From: Bdellovibrionota bacterium | GTDB lineage: Bacteria; Bdellovibrionota_G; JALEGL01; DATDPG01 | Length of the DNA stretch: 64,000 nt | Assembly (NCBI GenBank): GCA_963668355.1 | Contig: OY764265.1 | Location: forward strand, 1,920,001-1,984,000 | Direction of reading: 5' to 3' | Part shown: piece by piece, positions 1 to 11,250 of the stretch | Layout of the letters: each line of letters opens with the position of its first letter | How positions within the stretch are numbered: the stretch's first letter is position 1 | The notes under the pieces: model-generated | Seen by the model: only the letters and a program-made list of their open reading frames with translations | The model's database searches: none | Told to the model about the DNA's origin: nothing | Position numbers and translations under genes: made by a program

Positions 1-1
1 C

Positions 2-922
2 CAAGTAAATGTTCTTTTCACGGCGCCCACGGCATTTCGTGCCATCAAGAAAGAAGATCCCCAAGGAAAGTACATCGAATCCTATGACATGAGTCGTTTT
101 CGAACGCTCTTTCTCGCAGGCGAACGATGTGACCCAGATACCTTGGTTTGGGCTCAAGAAAAACTTCAAGTTCCGGTCATCGATCACTGGTGGCAGACAG
201 AGACAGGGTGGGCCATTGCCGCTAACTGTGTAGGGCTTGGGATGCTTCCAGTCAAACCGGGTTCTCCGACCAAAGCCGTACCCGGATATGCGGTTCGGGT
301 CGTTGATGCCAACGGAGAGGATGTGGAGAAAGGAAAGATTGGAAATCTCCTGGTAAAACTTCCTCTCCCTCCAGGTTGTCTTCCAACGCTTTGGCAAAAT
401 GAAGACGGTTTTCGCAAATCGTATGTGAATATTTATCCAGGACACTATCTCACAGGAGATGCAGGCTATTGTGATGAGGAAGGATACCTTTTCATCATGA
501 GTCGAATTGATGACATCATCAACGTGGCCGGCCATCGACTTTCCACAGGTGGCATGGAAGAAGTTTTGGCTTCTCATCCAGATGTGGCTGAGTGTGCGGT
601 TGTGGGGGTTGCGGATGCCTTGAAAGGGGAACTTCCCGTCGGGTTTTTTGTTTTAAAGGAAGGCGTGAATCGAACGGAGAAAGAAATTTCTGACGAGTTG
701 GTGGCCTCGGTTCGAAAAACGATTGGCCCTGTCGCGGCGTTTAAAACCGCGATCCATGTAAAACGATTGCCGAAGACGCGGTCCGGAAAAATTTTGCGCG
801 GTACGATGAGAAAGATTGCAGATGGAGTGGAATATTCGGTTCCCGCGACAATTGATGATCCGGCGACGCTCAAAGAAATCGGCGAATCGCTTGTGAGAAT
901 GGGTTTTCCTAAAACACAGTAG
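2..922 (+). CDS. prpE: Propionyl-/acetyl-CoA synthetase (AMP-forming), 5'-truncated by the window edge
   Basis: Frame open from nt 2 (QVNVLFTAPTAFRAIKKEDP...); motifs DHWWQTETG, SRIDDIINVAGHRLSTG, LPKTRSGKILR. Confidence 0.85.
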   Translation, partial: QVNVLFTAPTAFRAIKKEDPQGKYIESYDMSRFRTLFLAGERCDPDTLVWAQEKLQVPVIDHWWQTETGWAIAANCVGLGMLPVKPGSPTKAVPGYAVRVVDANGEDVEKGKIGNLLVKLPLPPGCLPTLWQNEDGFRKSYVNIYPGHYLTGDAGYCDEEGYLFIMSRIDDIINVAGHRLSTGGMEEVLASHPDVAECAVVGVADALKGELPVGFFVLKEGVNRTEKEISDELVASVRKTIGPVAAFKTAIHVKRLPKTRSGKILRGTMRKIADGVEYSVPATIDDPATLKEIGESLVRMGFPKTQ

Positions 923-927
923 AAGGC

Positions 928-2715
928 TTGATCCCCATTCTTCGCTTTCGTGAACATTCAGCTTTTTTATATGTTGTCTTAGGCCTCTTGGTCTTCGGGG
1001 TTTTTGTACCCTGCTTAACCTATGGTTATGTTTGGGATGATACGCATATTCTTCCAGGGTTGAGAAGAGCTTGGGAAACGGGGACATGGTTTCAGATTTT
1101 CTGGAAACCTTTTTGGGAGGTCTTTGGTCGCCCCGGAATTGGCTACTTTCGTCCCATTTCTATGCTCTTCTTGACTCCAGACGCACTTTTCTTTTCGCAG
1201 CCCTGGCTTTCTCATTTGACGAACCTTCTTCTCCATACGCTCAACGTTCTTTTAGCGTTTCACGTAGGAGTGAAACTAATGCATTCTAGGGCAGTAGGAT
1301 GGGTGGCTGCATTGGTTTGGGGCGTGCATCCAGTTGTCTCAGAGAGTGTTTGCTTCGTGTCCGCGAGAGAGAATCTTCTCGTGGCAACGTTTCTTTTTCT
1401 GGCGTTAATTTTCTGGGTCCGCTTCCTTGAACGTCGAAATCGGTTTCACTTAATTTTTTCTCTTGGTTTCATGTTTTTGATGATCGGAACCAAAGAGGTA
1501 GCCTTGCCTTTGGTTTTGATGGCGCCATTGGTGATGTATTTGAAATCTTCTGAGCAGGAGCCGATTAAGGGACGATATGTACTTCCCTTTCTTTTGCTCA
1601 TGATCGCTTATTTTTTGTTTTACCTATGGGTTGCTGGCTTTTCAAACAGTGGGCAGGTTGCGTGGGTTCCTGAGTTGAATCAAATATTGGGATTTGGGTG
1701 GTTGGCGGTTCAACATGTTTTCTTTCCGATTTCATTGGCGGCTGCCTACCCTCCCGCTAACTTGATATTTCAAAACTCGATTTGGATCTGTGGAGTGGTC
1801 CTTTTTTGCGGAGTTGTTTTCGGTTCGGTCTGGCTCTTTTCGCTTTTAAAAAGACATATCGGTTCCGCTCCCTTATCCCTTGTAGTTTTACCTTTGATTC
1901 CTACGTTCATCCTGTCTGCCCAATTGAGAAGTTTTGCGGATCGCTACCTTTATGTTTCGGCTTTTGGTGTGACTTTGTTGTTGAGTATGGTTCTGACTCG
2001 GAGAGTTAGACGTTTTTTTGGATCTGGAGGAGGCGTCTTCGTTCTTCTTGGGATGGTTCTTTTCCTTTCCGTTTTGACCCAAGGGCAGGTCCGGATTTGG
2101 GCGGATGAAACCAAGCTTTTTGGAAATATGCTTCAGTCCGATCCCGATTCCGGAGTGGCTCGGCTGGGGAAGGCAGCCATCGAGGCTCGAGAAGGACATC
2201 TTGTGAAAGCAGAGAAGCACATGAGGGTCGCTTTGAAATCTCCAGCCCATAAGGCGGCTGCCTCCATCATGTTGGCAAAGTTGTTCGCCCAACAAGGGGA
2301 AGAACACAAGGCTCTAAACTGGCTGAGAAAAGCTGATCAGTTACAGGCTGATCGAAAAGCCTATTGTGAAACGGCGAGCAAAATTGCCATTCAATTTGGA
2401 AGAAAAAGTCTCTTTGAATCGGCCATGAAAGAATTAAAAAAACATGACCCCAACAGCCCTGTTTTTTTGTGGATTCGAAGTCGTGTGTTGCTCCAGCAGA
2501 AAAAATATTTGGAAGCGGATCAAACTTTACGAAAGGGCCTTTCCATTTGGCCGAATGATTTGAACCTCTTGCAAGTGTTTGTGTTATCGAAAGAAGAACA
2601 AGAACAATATTCGCTGGGTCTTCTCAGCCTTCAGAGGCTTCATCAGCTTTCCCCCTCGCCTTGGACATCCCAAAAACTATCCGCGTTTTCTTTTAAAATT
2701 TCCCAACGGAATTAA
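928..2715 (+). CDS. TMTC-like GT-C membrane glycosyltransferase with C-terminal TPR repeats
   Basis: WDD loop motif, YFRP, HLTNLLLH, HPxxxExVxxxxxRxxLL, KE, ADRYLY; many TM helices then a helical TPR-like tail. Confidence 0.75.
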   Translation: MIPILRFREHSAFLYVVLGLLVFGVFVPCLTYGYVWDDTHILPGLRRAWETGTWFQIFWKPFWEVFGRPGIGYFRPISMLFLTPDALFFSQPWLSHLTNLLLHTLNVLLAFHVGVKLMHSRAVGWVAALVWGVHPVVSESVCFVSARENLLVATFLFLALIFWVRFLERRNRFHLIFSLGFMFLMIGTKEVALPLVLMAPLVMYLKSSEQEPIKGRYVLPFLLLMIAYFLFYLWVAGFSNSGQVAWVPELNQILGFGWLAVQHVFFPISLAAAYPPANLIFQNSIWICGVVLFCGVVFGSVWLFSLLKRHIGSAPLSLVVLPLIPTFILSAQLRSFADRYLYVSAFGVTLLLSMVLTRRVRRFFGSGGGVFVLLGMVLFLSVLTQGQVRIWADETKLFGNMLQSDPDSGVARLGKAAIEAREGHLVKAEKHMRVALKSPAHKAAASIMLAKLFAQQGEEHKALNWLRKADQLQADRKAYCETASKIAIQFGRKSLFESAMKELKKHDPNSPVFLWIRSRVLLQQKKYLEADQTLRKGLSIWPNDLNLLQVFVLSKEEQEQYSLGLLSLQRLHQLSPSPWTSQKLSAFSFKISQRN

Positions 2716-2767
2716 ATATTCAGAGCGAGTTTTTTCACGCGCATAAAATGCAGAAAGTATTGGGTGG

Positions 2768-2803
2768 AAAAAAGCGAAGGCCACTTAAGAAGTGACCCTC
2801 GCT
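2768..2803 (-). terminator. Rho-independent terminator of the minus-strand lipoprotein gene
   Basis: Stem AGCGAAGGCCACTT/AAGTGACCCTCGCT (G-U pairs valid on minus strand) next to an A6 run (U-tract on minus). Confidence 0.65.
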
Positions 2804-2818
2804 CTAGATTCATTCTGG

Positions 2819-3481
2819 CTAGAAACTATAGCTATAATTCACGGTTGAACCGCAAATGGAACCGCTGTAATTCGTTGTCCCTGTAAAGTTCGGGCTGGTT
2901 CCAGAAATGGAAATGGTTGACATCGTATTGATGGCACAGCTGCTTACGTCGACGTCGCCACCCGTTACAGAAATATTTCCATCGCTATTGGTGGTGTAGT
3001 CAATGTCCAAGGTTTGCCCACTGTTGGAGCTTACAAAGGTTCCCGTGCCGGTTGTGTCAATGGATCCGCCTACGGTGTATGTGTTGCTATCATCAGCCGA
3101 ACTTGCACATTCGTCGAAGGTGACCGTGTAGTCGAAGGTCACGTCAATATTGTAATTGCCCGAAGAACCACCTTCCGTATTGACATCGGTGGATCCGCTG
3201 ACCGTTGCCGTGCCGTCTGCTGAGCAGTTCACCGTGTATGTTGCTTGGGCTTGGGATCGAGGAGAGACATCCTTTGCGTCGATGGATACGGGTTGGCGGT
3301 AGAAGGCGGGGACGCCCGCTTGAACCAATGCTGAGCGCACTGTGTCGTTGATGGTTGTCGCGACGGCATTGCTTTGGGTTTCGTTAAGGGCCCCACTGGC
3401 CGTGCCCCCATTGTCATCGCCGCAGGCCCCCAAGCCCATGGCCAATACCAACAATCCAGAGATTCCAACAAAATTTCTCAT
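2819..3481 (-). CDS. Ser/Thr/Gly-rich beta-strand lipoprotein, function unknown
   Basis: Start MRNFVG after a purine-rich SD; lipobox LGAC; repeated beta-hairpin-like segments. Confidence 0.75.
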   Translation of the reverse strand: MRNFVGISGLLVLAMGLGACGDDNGGTASGALNETQSNAVATTINDTVRSALVQAGVPAFYRQPVSIDAKDVSPRSQAQATYTVNCSADGTATVSGSTDVNTEGGSSGNYNIDVTFDYTVTFDECASSADDSNTYTVGGSIDTTGTGTFVSSNSGQTLDIDYTTNSDGNISVTGGDVDVSSCAINTMSTISISGTSPNFTGTTNYSGSICGSTVNYSYSF

Positions 3482-3754
3482 CACTTCATCTTCCTTAATC
3501 AAATGGTTAAAAAACGGAGCCAAAACCTAACAGTTCCGAATGAAATGGGCAAAAAAGACTGTTCTATATCATGAAAAACAGAAGTCTTTAGAGATGTGGC
3601 GCTTATAGTTGTCCATGAGCTTTTGAAGGGTTGTCCCAAGAGATCCTGAACATTTTTCATGTGGAATGAGTCGTTTTTGAGCAGAGACGCTTGGAGGTTC
3701 GCCTTTTAAGTCTTTGAAAATGCTCAGAAAAAATTCAAATCTACGATGTCGACC

Positions 3755-3771
3755 TCGGCCTAGACTTTGCA
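3755..3771 (+). promoter_or_regulatory. Putative sigma54 -24/-12 promoter
   Basis: TCGGCCTAGACTTTGCA = GG-N10-GC with TTGC, upstream of a lipoprotein gene. Confidence 0.5.
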
Positions 3772-3814
3772 AAAAGGGACTCCATTGGAATGAGAAATGC
3801 TTGAAGGGGAGTTT

Positions 3815-4453
3815 ATGCGGAAATCACATCAGATCGTTTTTGTTTTGGCTCTATTCATGAGTGCGTGTGGAACGCAGGGTTCTGAGGAGTTGAGGAAAAC
3901 AGATTTATCTAGTTCTGTGGATTCATCGATGTCTTTTGAGACGAATTTGACATTGCGCGGGGAGGAAGAAGATTCCTTAAATCTTAGAGAAGAACTGCAA
4001 GTGTCAGAAATGGAAATGAGGGATACGGAGAATCCTTTTAGACGGACTGGAGATGAAATTGTTCCTTGTGAAGGTCTGGATCTTTCTCAACGGATTGAGG
4101 CAAAAGCCTGTTTTCGAGAACTCATAAAGTTGGGGACGTTCGACGAATTGAGTGGGGGGCCGGAAGAGATTGTGGCCTCTGCCATTTCTACTCTTGAAGC
4201 CTTCGGGGCCCCTGCCATGGTTGCAGAAGTGGTCGTTGCAAACAATCTTTCCTGGCTCATTACGGAAGTCGATGGAGAAGCGATTGAAGAACAAGATATT
4301 TACGTTTGGCGGGATGACAATGGTTGTCTCTATGTTGATATGTCGAGCTTCAGTTTTCGATTTTGTCGTTACGAATTGTGTTCGTTGGATGTTTCACACT
4401 ATGGGCCGGATGGGGTCGTGAATTGGACAGGATCTCTTTCCTGGGATTGCTAG
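3815..4453 (+). CDS. Hypothetical acidic lipoprotein
   Basis: MRKSHQ start after GGGGAG; lipobox MSAC. Confidence 0.7.
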   Translation: MRKSHQIVFVLALFMSACGTQGSEELRKTDLSSSVDSSMSFETNLTLRGEEEDSLNLREELQVSEMEMRDTENPFRRTGDEIVPCEGLDLSQRIEAKACFRELIKLGTFDELSGGPEEIVASAISTLEAFGAPAMVAEVVVANNLSWLITEVDGEAIEEQDIYVWRDDNGCLYVDMSSFSFRFCRYELCSLDVSHYGPDGVVNWTGSLSWDC

Positions 4454-4461
4454 TCTGGATT

Positions 4462-4929
4462 CTATGCTGGGGGAGGGCCGAGTACTCTCCCGCATGAAAT
4501 CTCGGAGGGGCTTCCTTGGCCCCATTTGCGATGAACGCCCGCTACTGAAAAGTACCAACGTCCGTCCGCAAGGCCAAAAACCCAAAGTTCTGGCAAAGAA
4601 TTAGGCGTAAAATAACTGTGATCACCTTCATCCTGTGCCATGATTTGAAGAGCTTCTTTGCGATTTGGCGCATGCACAGCATAGAGTCGGTAATAATGTG
4701 GAGAGCTTCCTGTTGTTGCAGGTTTCCAAGTTAGGTGAAGATATGAGGGAATGATTTTCGGACATTCGTCGTTTGGATCTTCGCTCATTAAAATCAATCC
4801 GTTTAGGGCCATGGCCGACGGCGGTGAGATGAGTCCAATTCCGGTTGTCACCACAGCCACAAAAACGATTAAAAACGTAAAACGCACCATATAGGTCATC
4901 TTGATAGCCATTGGGTCGCGATAGAACAA
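4462..4929 (-). CDS. Secreted protein with fibronectin type III-like domain (start uncertain)
   Basis: Hydrophobic N-terminus; LTWKP...YRLY...GL.DG.WYFSVAGV...G.PS FN3 pattern. Confidence 0.55.
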   Translation of the reverse strand: MFYRDPMAIKMTYMVRFTFLIVFVAVVTTGIGLISPPSAMALNGLILMSEDPNDECPKIIPSYLHLTWKPATTGSSPHYYRLYAVHAPNRKEALQIMAQDEGDHSYFTPNSLPELWVFGLADGRWYFSVAGVHRKWGQGSPSEISCGRVLGPPPA

Positions 4930-5049
4930 GTGGAAAATATTCTATAATTTTCTTTGGAATATTTTCTTACTCCGCAAAAAAGTGTTGGCTCTGGGAGATT
5001 TAAAAAAAGAAAACTAAAGTGAAAACAACTGCTTAGGCGGAGGCGAGGG

Positions 5050-5065
5050 TGGCATGGGGCGTGCA
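5050..5065 (+). promoter_or_regulatory. Putative sigma54 -24/-12 promoter
   Basis: TGGCATGGGGCGTGCA (GG-N10-GC) just upstream of the ATG at 5089. Confidence 0.55.
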
Positions 5066-5088
5066 TTTTTCTTTTTGGGGGGCTTTCG

Positions 5089-6846
5089 ATGAGACAGAGT
5101 TTCGATATGTGGCATTTGGGAAAATTGGTTCTAGTCTGGACATTCATTTTTCTATTGGGATGTGCCTCTCAATCTGGGATTGAAGCAGGGGACGGTTCGA
5201 ACCTCAATGAGGATGAAGAGCAGTTTGTTGAATTCGTTCCGCCTGATGGTGTAGCCCTTTGCGAGCTTCCAGAGATTCCTATGGAAGCCGATAATCAAGG
5301 AGCCATTTTAATCGACTCCTGTACGACTTTGGATCAGGAAGGCGCAACGTACCTACTCAATCAAGACCTACAAACCGAGGGCAGTTGTCTGAGAATTTCT
5401 GCCGACAACATTACCTTGGATTTAGGGGGACATCGCATTCTGTATGGAACGGCCTTAACGACGGACTACCTCGATGGAACCTACGGAGAGGATTTTGCTT
5501 GTTCGGTTGCTGGTGTGAGTGGAACCGCTGTGGCAAACCTGGAAATTCGCAACGGAACCATTGAACAGGGAGATGCGGAAAATCCCAAAGGCCATCCGCT
5601 CCACTTTCGAGGGCTTCATGGCGCTCGGATTCACAACCTACGTGTGATTGGGAAGAGCACCGATACCTGCACGTTTCATTTTATGTATTCCGATGACTTG
5701 GAGATTTTTGAAAATCATCTTTCGAGCTATGTTACCGAGGTCACGGATCGTCATTATCCTGGACAGTCAGTGATTCGATTGGCAAGTGGGGAAACCTCCA
5801 ATGAAGTGCATGACAATGTGATTGATTCGGGACCCCATTGGGGAATCATGTTGTCTAAAGAGCCGGCAGAGGATTTGATCTACCAGAACTGTTTCTCGGG
5901 GATGCGTAGCCGATTCGCCAATGGCTATGCCATTGGTGCTCATACAGATGGAGCCCAGATTTATGACAACTACATCAATACCGAAAGTCGTGGAATTCAT
6001 GTCACGGCTGAAGGTGTAACGGTACGAAACAATTATGTGGAAGTGTGGGAGCGACCCAACGAAGAGTACACCGACTATTTTACCCATGGGATTAAAATGG
6101 AGGGAGCCACCCATTCCCGAGTTTTTCAAAATGAAGTGATTTCTAAATCGGATTCGGAACACGGTGGAGCTTATGCACTAGATTTAACTTTGAGAACCGA
6201 TAGTGCGAACGAGATTTTTCAAAACATCTTTGAGGCAAGAAGTTTGGATGAATCGCATGATGCCTCCGCAATAAATTTGATTGCCGTGGAGGAGGGAAAT
6301 GATTCGGAAATTCACCACAACACGTTCAAGGGGGACCACTACATTTACCGAATTTCCTGGAACGGAGCGAATGATCTGTTGATTCGCGATTCCATTTTCG
6401 AAAAAACGGGCAGCCGAAGTGATTTTCGCACGCTTACAGTTGCTCCAGGAAGCGATTACCCTTCTCATGGAAATGCTTTGTGGAATATCGAAACCGTCAA
6501 CGGCGCAGACTTGGCCGATATTTGGAAATGGCACAATTCGGCATTTGATTTATCCATTGGATGGAGTCTGGATACGATCGTCCAAAATGCTTCGGGGGAC
6601 TTCGTTGAAGGAGCTGGTGTGAAGGTCGACGATGGTCAAAATATTCGAGAGGGAGAGACGAACGCCGATGGACAATTTTCCACAACGGTCACGGAAGTGA
6701 AATTGTACGGAGATGCAACGGATGGCAATGATGTTCAAGAAGAGCGTCAGGACATTTCCATCCAAGCGTCCCGCAATGGAGAAGGATTCGCCGAAACTGA
6801 AATTTCGGTAGACGAACCCACTGAAGTTACGCTTACGTTGGAATAA
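5089..6846 (+). CDS. Right-handed parallel beta-helix lipoprotein (pectin lyase-like) with C-terminal beta-sandwich
   Basis: Lipobox LLGC; ISADNITLDLGGH; repeated I-x-x-N beta-helix rungs; C-terminal VEGAGVKV...GETNADGQF. Confidence 0.75.
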   Translation: MRQSFDMWHLGKLVLVWTFIFLLGCASQSGIEAGDGSNLNEDEEQFVEFVPPDGVALCELPEIPMEADNQGAILIDSCTTLDQEGATYLLNQDLQTEGSCLRISADNITLDLGGHRILYGTALTTDYLDGTYGEDFACSVAGVSGTAVANLEIRNGTIEQGDAENPKGHPLHFRGLHGARIHNLRVIGKSTDTCTFHFMYSDDLEIFENHLSSYVTEVTDRHYPGQSVIRLASGETSNEVHDNVIDSGPHWGIMLSKEPAEDLIYQNCFSGMRSRFANGYAIGAHTDGAQIYDNYINTESRGIHVTAEGVTVRNNYVEVWERPNEEYTDYFTHGIKMEGATHSRVFQNEVISKSDSEHGGAYALDLTLRTDSANEIFQNIFEARSLDESHDASAINLIAVEEGNDSEIHHNTFKGDHYIYRISWNGANDLLIRDSIFEKTGSRSDFRTLTVAPGSDYPSHGNALWNIETVNGADLADIWKWHNSAFDLSIGWSLDTIVQNASGDFVEGAGVKVDDGQNIREGETNADGQFSTTVTEVKLYGDATDGNDVQEERQDISIQASRNGEGFAETEISVDEPTEVTLTLE

Positions 6847-6866
6847 AGAGCTGGGCGCCCCGACGC

Positions 6867-7112
6867 TTATTTTTCTGAAGCCTCACTCAACCAAGAGACG
6901 ATCTGAGCGACTTCAGGGATTTTTCCAGAAGCTTTGACTTCTCCCTCAATGATCAAAGCGGGAGTCATGGGGACGCCCAGTTTCATGATTTCTTGAATGT
7001 CTTGTACCTTTTCCATCTCTGCGGATACTCCAGCTTGTGCGATGGCTTTCTCAGTCTCTGCATACAATTTTTGGCATTTGGCGCATCCGGTTCCCAAAAT
7101 TTGAATTTTCAT
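6867..7112 (-). CDS. Small redox-active disulfide protein (MTH895/thioredoxin_3 family)
   Basis: MKIQILGTGCAKC, MTPALIIEGEVK. Confidence 0.9.
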   Translation of the reverse strand: MKIQILGTGCAKCQKLYAETEKAIAQAGVSAEMEKVQDIQEIMKLGVPMTPALIIEGEVKASGKIPEVAQIVSWLSEASEK

Positions 7113-7130
7113 ATTTGCTCCTTTTCCAAT

Positions 7131-8441
<1,311 letters not shown>

Positions 8442-8459
8442 CGAATCGCCCCCGAAATC

Positions 8460-8750
8460 CTATTTTCTCTCCTTGAGCACGTTTGAAGTGCAGGAAAAGA
8501 AATTCATCACACACGGGGTTAGTAATGTATAGAACACGGTTGTTCCCTCTTTTCGATCCTCCACAATTCCATGCGAGCGGAGCACCGATAGATGCTTGGA
8601 AACCGTACTCTGATCCAGACCAATGAGTTGGGTCAATTGTCCGACCGAACATTCTCCTCGGCTAAGGCGATCGACAATCTTGAGTCGGGCCTCGTTGGCC
8701 AAGGCTCGTAAAATGGAAGCCTGTAATTTAAATGTGTTCTTGTTTGGCAC
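8460..8750 (-). CDS. arsR: ArsR/SmtB family transcriptional repressor
   Basis: ILRALANEARLKI, QSTVSKHLSVLR, GIVEDRKEG; C-terminal Cys pair. Confidence 0.9.
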   Translation of the reverse strand: MPNKNTFKLQASILRALANEARLKIVDRLSRGECSVGQLTQLIGLDQSTVSKHLSVLRSHGIVEDRKEGTTVFYTLLTPCVMNFFSCTSNVLKERK

Positions 8751-8867
8751 AACATGTTCCTTATATATGAATATATTGCCAATTATGCATAAAGTGGAAA
8801 TGTCGTCAAGGTGGCCCTTCTTGGTTACGTTTTATCTTCATGAAATTGTTGGTTTAAGCGCCTAGCC

Positions 8868-11117
8868 TCAGAACTTGTATGTGGCCTTTCCTCCAATGTT
8901 CATGCCTCGGGGATGATAGACCCCGTTGTTGATCGCAAGTCCGATGGGTTCGGTGTTGTTCAGAAGGTTGGTTCCAAATATCTGAAGATCAAAGTGTTTC
9001 CAAAGGTCTTGAATCCCATAAGTCAGATCGAGATAAATTTCACCGGACAGATCGCCATACGAAGAAGGAGTGGGTGAGGTGTAGGGTTCAACAATTCTCA
9101 TGTCGTGCCAACCACGAAGATTCAAATTCACAGAGTGGCGGTCAAGAAGGATAAGATTAAATCCAACGTTCCAGATATGCGTTGGGTAATTTAACCAATT
9201 TCTTTCATCATCTGTTACAGCTCCATCCAAAGGTTGAGTGGTTCCATTTATGTCTGTCCCCGAGGGGATGGAATCTAATTTGGATTTCACAATGGAGTAA
9301 TTACAATTCAAGGCGAGATTTTCCAGTAGAGAAAATCTTCCCTCTAGTTCAAAGCCATAACTTCTGGCTGTGCCCAGGTTTCGATACCCCAGATCCAATT
9401 TGGTCTCCCAGGACACGAAGTTCTCGATTTCCATGAAAAACCCTGTTCCAGCCACGAAGCTCTTTCCTTTATTCCACGAGATCTGGACATCATGGGAGAT
9501 GACTTCTTCGGACCTGTCGACATTGGAAATGGTCTCGATGGTTTTCGATGGTGATCGAAAAAATTCTCCCCCTGTTTTCGATGCTGCTGCGTTGGGTCTT
9601 AAGTATCCAGTGTTTCCGACATATTTTATGGTAACGGTGTCGGTAAGGCCGAGAATGATTCCTCCGCGTGGCAGAAAGACGACCTTCTTTTCTCTCCACG
9701 TATTGTAATCAGCTCTATATCCAAAAAAGAGATCGAGAGATTTCCCAAAAATGTCGAATGAAATTTTATCCTCTAGATACCCACTAAAATTGTAATCGGA
9801 TGCAGAGGGAATATCGATGATCGGCACTTGATCTTGTCCTGCAGCGGGATTTGTGGGTAGGTTTGTCCCCACATCAAACAGAAAACCTCGGTTGGGTCCA
9901 ACTTGATTTCGAAGGATTTGCGTACCGAATCGCAACGCATGTCGATTTGTGAACGCGTATTCGCCATCTACATCCAGCCCCAAAGCAAAGGACTCCCGGC
10001 TCTGATCTTGCGTCCACTGCGTATCCCGTGTGGCTGAAAACCCGCTGAACTGCGTGGGAAAGCGGTTCTGAAGCAAATAATCTCCATGGAAACCATATCT
10101 GATGTTTAGGTTCGGAGTGATGTCGTGAGTGTATCGATAGTTCAGGTAAGCTTTGCGCATGCGGTACTCAGCGCCGGCCCTGAGCGTATCGGCCGATGTG
10201 TACGACCAAGAATCCCAAGGATACACAATGCTTGCTTGGAGAACTCTTCCGAGGAGCTCATGTTTTTCTCCGATCTTGAGTTTTGTGTAGATCTCAAAAC
10301 CTGGAAAGTGATCGTCCAATTTAGGCCAGATGTTTGTATTCGCACCCCAAGGAAACTCCACATAGGGTTGCTCATCTCCAAAACCATCCGATTCCCAGTA
10401 CGTTCCGGAAATAAATCCTTTGAGCGTGTCTCCGAGTCCCAAATCCTGTAAAGCCGAAAAGGTTCTCATACCATCTCCGTAGGTATAGCTTCCCGATACC
10501 TGCGTTTTGGATGATGGAGCATCCTTTGTGATCACGTTGATAATTCCAAGGACGGCGCTTGTTCCCCATAGAACGGAACCAGGACCTCGTATGATCTCAA
10601 TGCGTTCCACTTTGTCGAGGATTGGCAACATGTCTTGGATTTGAAATCCATTCTCCAAAATGCTGTTTTGCCGGTGGCCATCCACAAGGAGAAGAATGTG
10701 GTCATTTGAGTCAGCTACAAAACCTCGGCTTCCGATGACAGGCCAGGTAGCCTGATGCGTGGGGAAAAAACCGGGTACCCTTTGAAGAACCTCATTGAGG
10801 GTTCGATATCCGGCCCGTTGAATTTCGCTGGCGGTGATGACCGTTACGATGCCTGTGGAGCGAGCGACGGTTTCTTCAGATTTTGATGGCGTGGTGATGA
10901 CCACGTTTAGTAACTCCTCCAAGGAGAGGTTCATAAGACCTCGGGATGCGGGTTTTTCTTCATCCTGCTTTGCCTCATCAGGTGACATTTCCTGGGCGGA
11001 AGTTGCCGCAGGAGCAGAATCCTCGTTTGAAGATTGCGCCTCAGTGGTGGATGGAAAGGAAGTGCATAGGAAAACTGCAATGAAAACGAAATAGCATCTA
11101 AAAGATTGGTTCGTCAT
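8868..11117 (-). CDS. TonB-dependent outer-membrane receptor
   Basis: LSLEELLNVVIT, plug motif VERIEIIRGPGSVLWG...GIINVITK, C-terminal YKF; SD GAGGAAG before the ATG at 11117. Confidence 0.9.
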   Translation of the reverse strand: MTNQSFRCYFVFIAVFLCTSFPSTTEAQSSNEDSAPAATSAQEMSPDEAKQDEEKPASRGLMNLSLEELLNVVITTPSKSEETVARSTGIVTVITASEIQRAGYRTLNEVLQRVPGFFPTHQATWPVIGSRGFVADSNDHILLLVDGHRQNSILENGFQIQDMLPILDKVERIEIIRGPGSVLWGTSAVLGIINVITKDAPSSKTQVSGSYTYGDGMRTFSALQDLGLGDTLKGFISGTYWESDGFGDEQPYVEFPWGANTNIWPKLDDHFPGFEIYTKLKIGEKHELLGRVLQASIVYPWDSWSYTSADTLRAGAEYRMRKAYLNYRYTHDITPNLNIRYGFHGDYLLQNRFPTQFSGFSATRDTQWTQDQSRESFALGLDVDGEYAFTNRHALRFGTQILRNQVGPNRGFLFDVGTNLPTNPAAGQDQVPIIDIPSASDYNFSGYLEDKISFDIFGKSLDLFFGYRADYNTWREKKVVFLPRGGIILGLTDTVTIKYVGNTGYLRPNAAASKTGGEFFRSPSKTIETISNVDRSEEVISHDVQISWNKGKSFVAGTGFFMEIENFVSWETKLDLGYRNLGTARSYGFELEGRFSLLENLALNCNYSIVKSKLDSIPSGTDINGTTQPLDGAVTDDERNWLNYPTHIWNVGFNLILLDRHSVNLNLRGWHDMRIVEPYTSPTPSSYGDLSGEIYLDLTYGIQDLWKHFDLQIFGTNLLNNTEPIGLAINNGVYHPRGMNIGGKATYKF

Positions 11118-11250
11118 GGCTTCCTCGACTAGCCGTTGGGATAATTTTTTTCTAGTTGCTTCAACCGAGGTCAAAAATTATACACACTCTTTTCTCAGTA
11201 AGCCCTCTTTAATTTATTCGCGCTGCATCCGCTGATGCTGAGATGATACG

